A DNA stretch of 64,000 bases from Guillardia theta CCMP2712 (taxonomy: Eukaryota > Protista > Cryptophyta): assembly GCF_000315625.1 (NCBI RefSeq), contig NW_005434637.1, positions 1 through 64,000 of the forward strand, given 5' to 3'. A model generated the notes under the pieces. It did not search any database. It was not told the origin of the DNA and was given only the letters and a program-made list of their open reading frames with translations. Of the stretch, positions 60,460 through 64,000 are shown in pieces. Position numbers and translations under genes: made by a program. The stretch's first letter is position 1, and each line of letters starts with the position of its first letter.

Positions 60460-63400
60460 TGTGCAGTCTATTGACCACTCACCTTTTAACTGTATCAGTC
60501 GCCGCTGTCCTAAAGGTGAAGCATTTCGGCTTTGTGTTTAGACTTCTCTCACTCTCTACCACTTACCTTCTTAACGCAGCTTATCTCCGACTGAGAGGTG
60601 GCACTGATGGGGTTTCTGGATTCGAGCCCAACCCCTCACCTTCGATACCGTGAGCCCGTCAAGTTTTGAGTGGGAACGATGTTTGATCAGCGGCTTTGAT
60701 TGATGGCAGATCGTACACTTCTCCTGCGTCTCAGCAAGTTGATTGGGACACGCCGTCAGGTATCGTGTGCCCTTGAGGCAAGCACACTGATCTCAAAACA
60801 GCGCAATCCTACAACATCCCACCAGCACCAGTTGCAGAGATGGATCCTCCTCCTGCTTTCAGGTCTTTATACATGTAGATGAGGCTGGCACATATCTGTT
60901 TCCTTTTCTCGTCCCCTTCAAACTCTGTCTGACTGGCACCTACAATCGCAGCAGTCCACCCAAAGCACCCGTTCCGAGTTTCTCCCCTCCTGTGGCAGCT
61001 CCTTCCTTCTCAGCCCCTCCAGCTCCTGCCCCAGCTCCTACTCAATCATCAGGTCTGTCTTTCTGTGAGCATCAGGCAGTCTTCTGCTCATCTTCTTCTT
61101 GCCAAAGTGTCTTGGGATGAGACGTCGGTGAGCGGATTCCGTCGCTTCATAGATGTAAGCATTTGCATGAATACCCTACTTGATGATGTTGGCGTTGAGT
61201 ATGGCATCCTTGACAAGCATTGTTGCTGCCTTGTAACCATTGGGTGTCAGATGTTTGGCTGGCAAAACATCAGCCCCTTTCTGTACTTTGCCATGGGCGC
61301 CTTCTGGGCTTCCATTATGGCGATTTGGCACAACACAAGTAAGATGCTGATGTTTCATGACCTTGCCTGCTAGTGACTCGTGAACAGCTCCAGATGAAGA
61401 TCTTGATATGAAAGCTGTCTGATCAAACCTTTGATTGATGAGAACCGTGGAGCATGTGAAGGGATCATATGCTTGTGTGGTGTTGCATTTCAGATCATCT
61501 CTTTGCTGAGCTATGCTGATGCTCCGTGTCAACGGCTTTTTGGACATTTCAAAGAATCAAACCTCAAGCTGGTGTAACGTTCATGGTTACGTAGTTGACA
61601 CAGATTGAGACTTGATATATTCAAAATACACTCATATGTTCATCTTGTGTCGACATGCTTTGAAGGTTTTCCCTGCTCACTGTGACGATGAGAGGGAGAT
61701 AGATTGATTGGACAAGGATCGACTTGGAACAAGGTTTCTCATGGATCCCACCTGCTTCAAGTCAGCTTCATGCATGAAAGGAAGAAGAAGTTACCCCTCT
61801 CATCTTGAACAAGAGCCTCCATGTAGGCAGCGCTTTCTTGTATGACTCTTTCTCTCTCAAATGTCGTGCCTCCTGCTCCACCGGTTCAAGTCGGCCAAAA
61901 TTTTCAGAAGGAAAGGGTAAAGGTCAAGAAAGTAGAAAGGGGGCCAAGGAGTGAAGCACTGAATCTTGAAAGGAACCTCAATCTTCTGCTTCTCCATATG
62001 CTCGGCGTACTTTTCCTGTTTGCAGCACATCAGCTTCAGAGCTACTTGGGTCAAAGAAGCACTGACTTGAAATGTCGAGCTGATCACAGAGATCGGCAAA
62101 GCAACCATAACAACCCCAGCAACGCACGCCATGCTGAGAGGAAGAGTTAGCAATACATGGAGTTTGTTGCAAACTATCTTCACCTCCCAAACAATCTTCC
62201 AGTGTCAGTGACAGGAGTCATGTCCCCGTAACCGATAGTGCAGAGGGTTATGACAGCCCACCACATACTGCAGGCGAGATGAGCTTCAAAAGTATCCCCT
62301 CCTCTCCCTATAGCTCACCTGTGAGGGATCGACAGAAATGGCTCTCCGTATGGATTCGCAGCATTGTCCTCTGCGAGAATGTTTCATGCATAGAAGGCAA
62401 AACTAAGGGATGTACCAGCATAAAAAACAATTGCTGCAAACAAGATGACCAATATGATGAAGCAAAAAAGGGCCTTTCGAAGCACATCCTCAGTTTCATG
62501 AACACGACAGATCCAAGCATTGGACCTGGCTAAGTTCATTCCTTGCTGCAATGGCTGTCTTGCCGAGAACCTGATGATAGGAATCAAAGATGTGCAAACA
62601 TAGAAAGTTTTTGAGGATTACTTGAAGCCCGTCTGAGTGCCTTGCAAGCTTGAAGACTCGGAGAATCCTCAGCACTGCATCGATCCAGTATCAGGCGGAC
62701 AACTGTGAGAGTTTGCATGCAAAACCTTTCAAGACCTTTGATGCTTCTGCTGCTGGGAAAATCAAGGTGATCCAGGTTGGAAGGATGGACAAGAGATCGA
62801 TTATGTTCAGTGGGCGAAACACGAACTTCCTCTTGTTCTGGTTCACTAAGAGCCGTGAGAGATACTCAAAAGTGAAGGCTGAGACGAAACCGACGTCCAC
62901 AAACTCGAAGGTTGACTGCAGCTGGTCGTTCTTTGCCAACTGCGGAAGAGTCTCGACGCACAAGACCACCACAGACGCCACGACCAGGATCAAGGACGTC
63001 ATCGAGATGAACCAGGCAAGAGTGCTCGACTTGGGCTCTTCCAGCAACGCATACAAAGTTGCCCGGAACCCAGCAGAAGGTCTTCCATCTTCCTCGCTGT
63101 TGAAAGATTGTCGGTACAGGGCCAAGAATCCATCCAAACCCGGGATGGGCGGATCTGCCTCGTGCATCTTGAAGTACAAGAGCTCATTCTGCCAGACTTC
63201 TGAAGCAATGTGAGGAGGTTTGACTGGAATGAAACCATCGCGGTAGGAGTTGACGATCTCGACAGCAGCAAACGGATGCCGATCAAGAAATATGAAACCT
63301 TTGCGGAATAGATCGTGATTGGGATTCCTGATCATATCTGAAAGCAATGTTCCCGGATAGCGACGCAGGTACTTCTCATACGTTATGCATACCATCCCCC

Positions 63401-63929
63401 CGCTGTTGATGCAAATCTTCCTCCCTAATCCTCCGTTCGCCATCATCTTTCGCGCCACCTCCGAGATCATAGTATCCCAATTCTCTTTCGCTCGAAGTTC
63501 CTTTTGAAGTTGCGCGTGGGCCGCAGGATCAGATTCAGCTGCCTGGTCTGTTCGCATTCCACGATGCCTTTCAGCTCTGTGGGCTGAATGGCTATCGACA
63601 TGTTCATAATGACTCATCGGCGCTCCCCACACCAGCGTCTTCTCATAAGAAGAGGTGGTCGAGCAACTTGCCTCACTCGCTCCGTGACTTGACATGCGAG
63701 CGAAAGACTCAACGTCACTGACGTGCACATCTTTTGCTGAAAGGGAGATGGCCTGCGGGAATCCCATGCTGTTTGGATCCTCCGTCGAATCTATCGCGGG
63801 GACTGTTGGCAAAAAGCGCCGGAGGGAGCCGCTTGATTGCCATCCATGGTCGATCAGCTGCTGGAATGTTTCATTCTTCGGTGCTCCTGCTCCCTCAGGA
63901 GGATCACTCGATTCTCTTTGGTCTGTCAT
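60460..63929 (-). CDS. Voltage-gated K+ channel with N-terminal T1/BTB domain (Shaker-superfamily-like), spliced
   Basis: T1 (ICINSGG..YPGTLL..FLDRHP), S1-S3 ([10 protein letters not shown]), S4 ([17 protein letters not shown]), pore ([14 protein letters not shown]), S6 (VALPISVI). The 3' end is uncertain. Confidence 0.88.
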
Positions 63930-64000
63930 TTCTCCCTTGCTATTCGCTCTGCGACGAGCGTCAGCTTCAAAATAACGTGAATAGAAACCAAGTCAGATCG

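Noticed and set aside
59736-60474. RS-repeat, poly-Gly and poly-Pro ORFs
   Set aside because: They run through microsatellites and a 100-N gap.

Overview
Eukaryotic nuclear DNA at a chromosome end. It has (CCCTAAA)n telomeric tracts, dense genes with many short (~45-60 nt) GT-AG introns and an organelle-type RF3, which suggests a cryptophyte-like alga (organism is inference). The first 5.6 kb is an interrupted telomere: two near-identical 2.7-kb elements lie head-to-tail inside the TTTAGGG array at the same repeat phase. Each carries one ~715-724 aa ORF with RRM-like segments and no recognisable RT or endonuclease, a 76-bp hairpin repeat in the 3' UTR, AATAAA and an (AAT)n tail. This looks like a telomere-targeted, ORF1-only non-LTR retroelement, and a third, different insert begins at the window edge. 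Proximal to the telomere is a degraded caspase-fold fragment. Ordinary genes follow: PhyH dioxygenase, NAA80-like GNAT, USP, tRNA-Asp, ANK-SPRY-HECT ligase, GT23 fucosyltransferase, RF3, FYVE-ankyrin, LRR and ankyrin proteins. The window also holds three minisatellites, an intronless ~2250-aa lectin receptor-kinase-CHAT protease gene and a T1-containing Kv channel. Boundaries of spliced genes are approximate and were read by eye.
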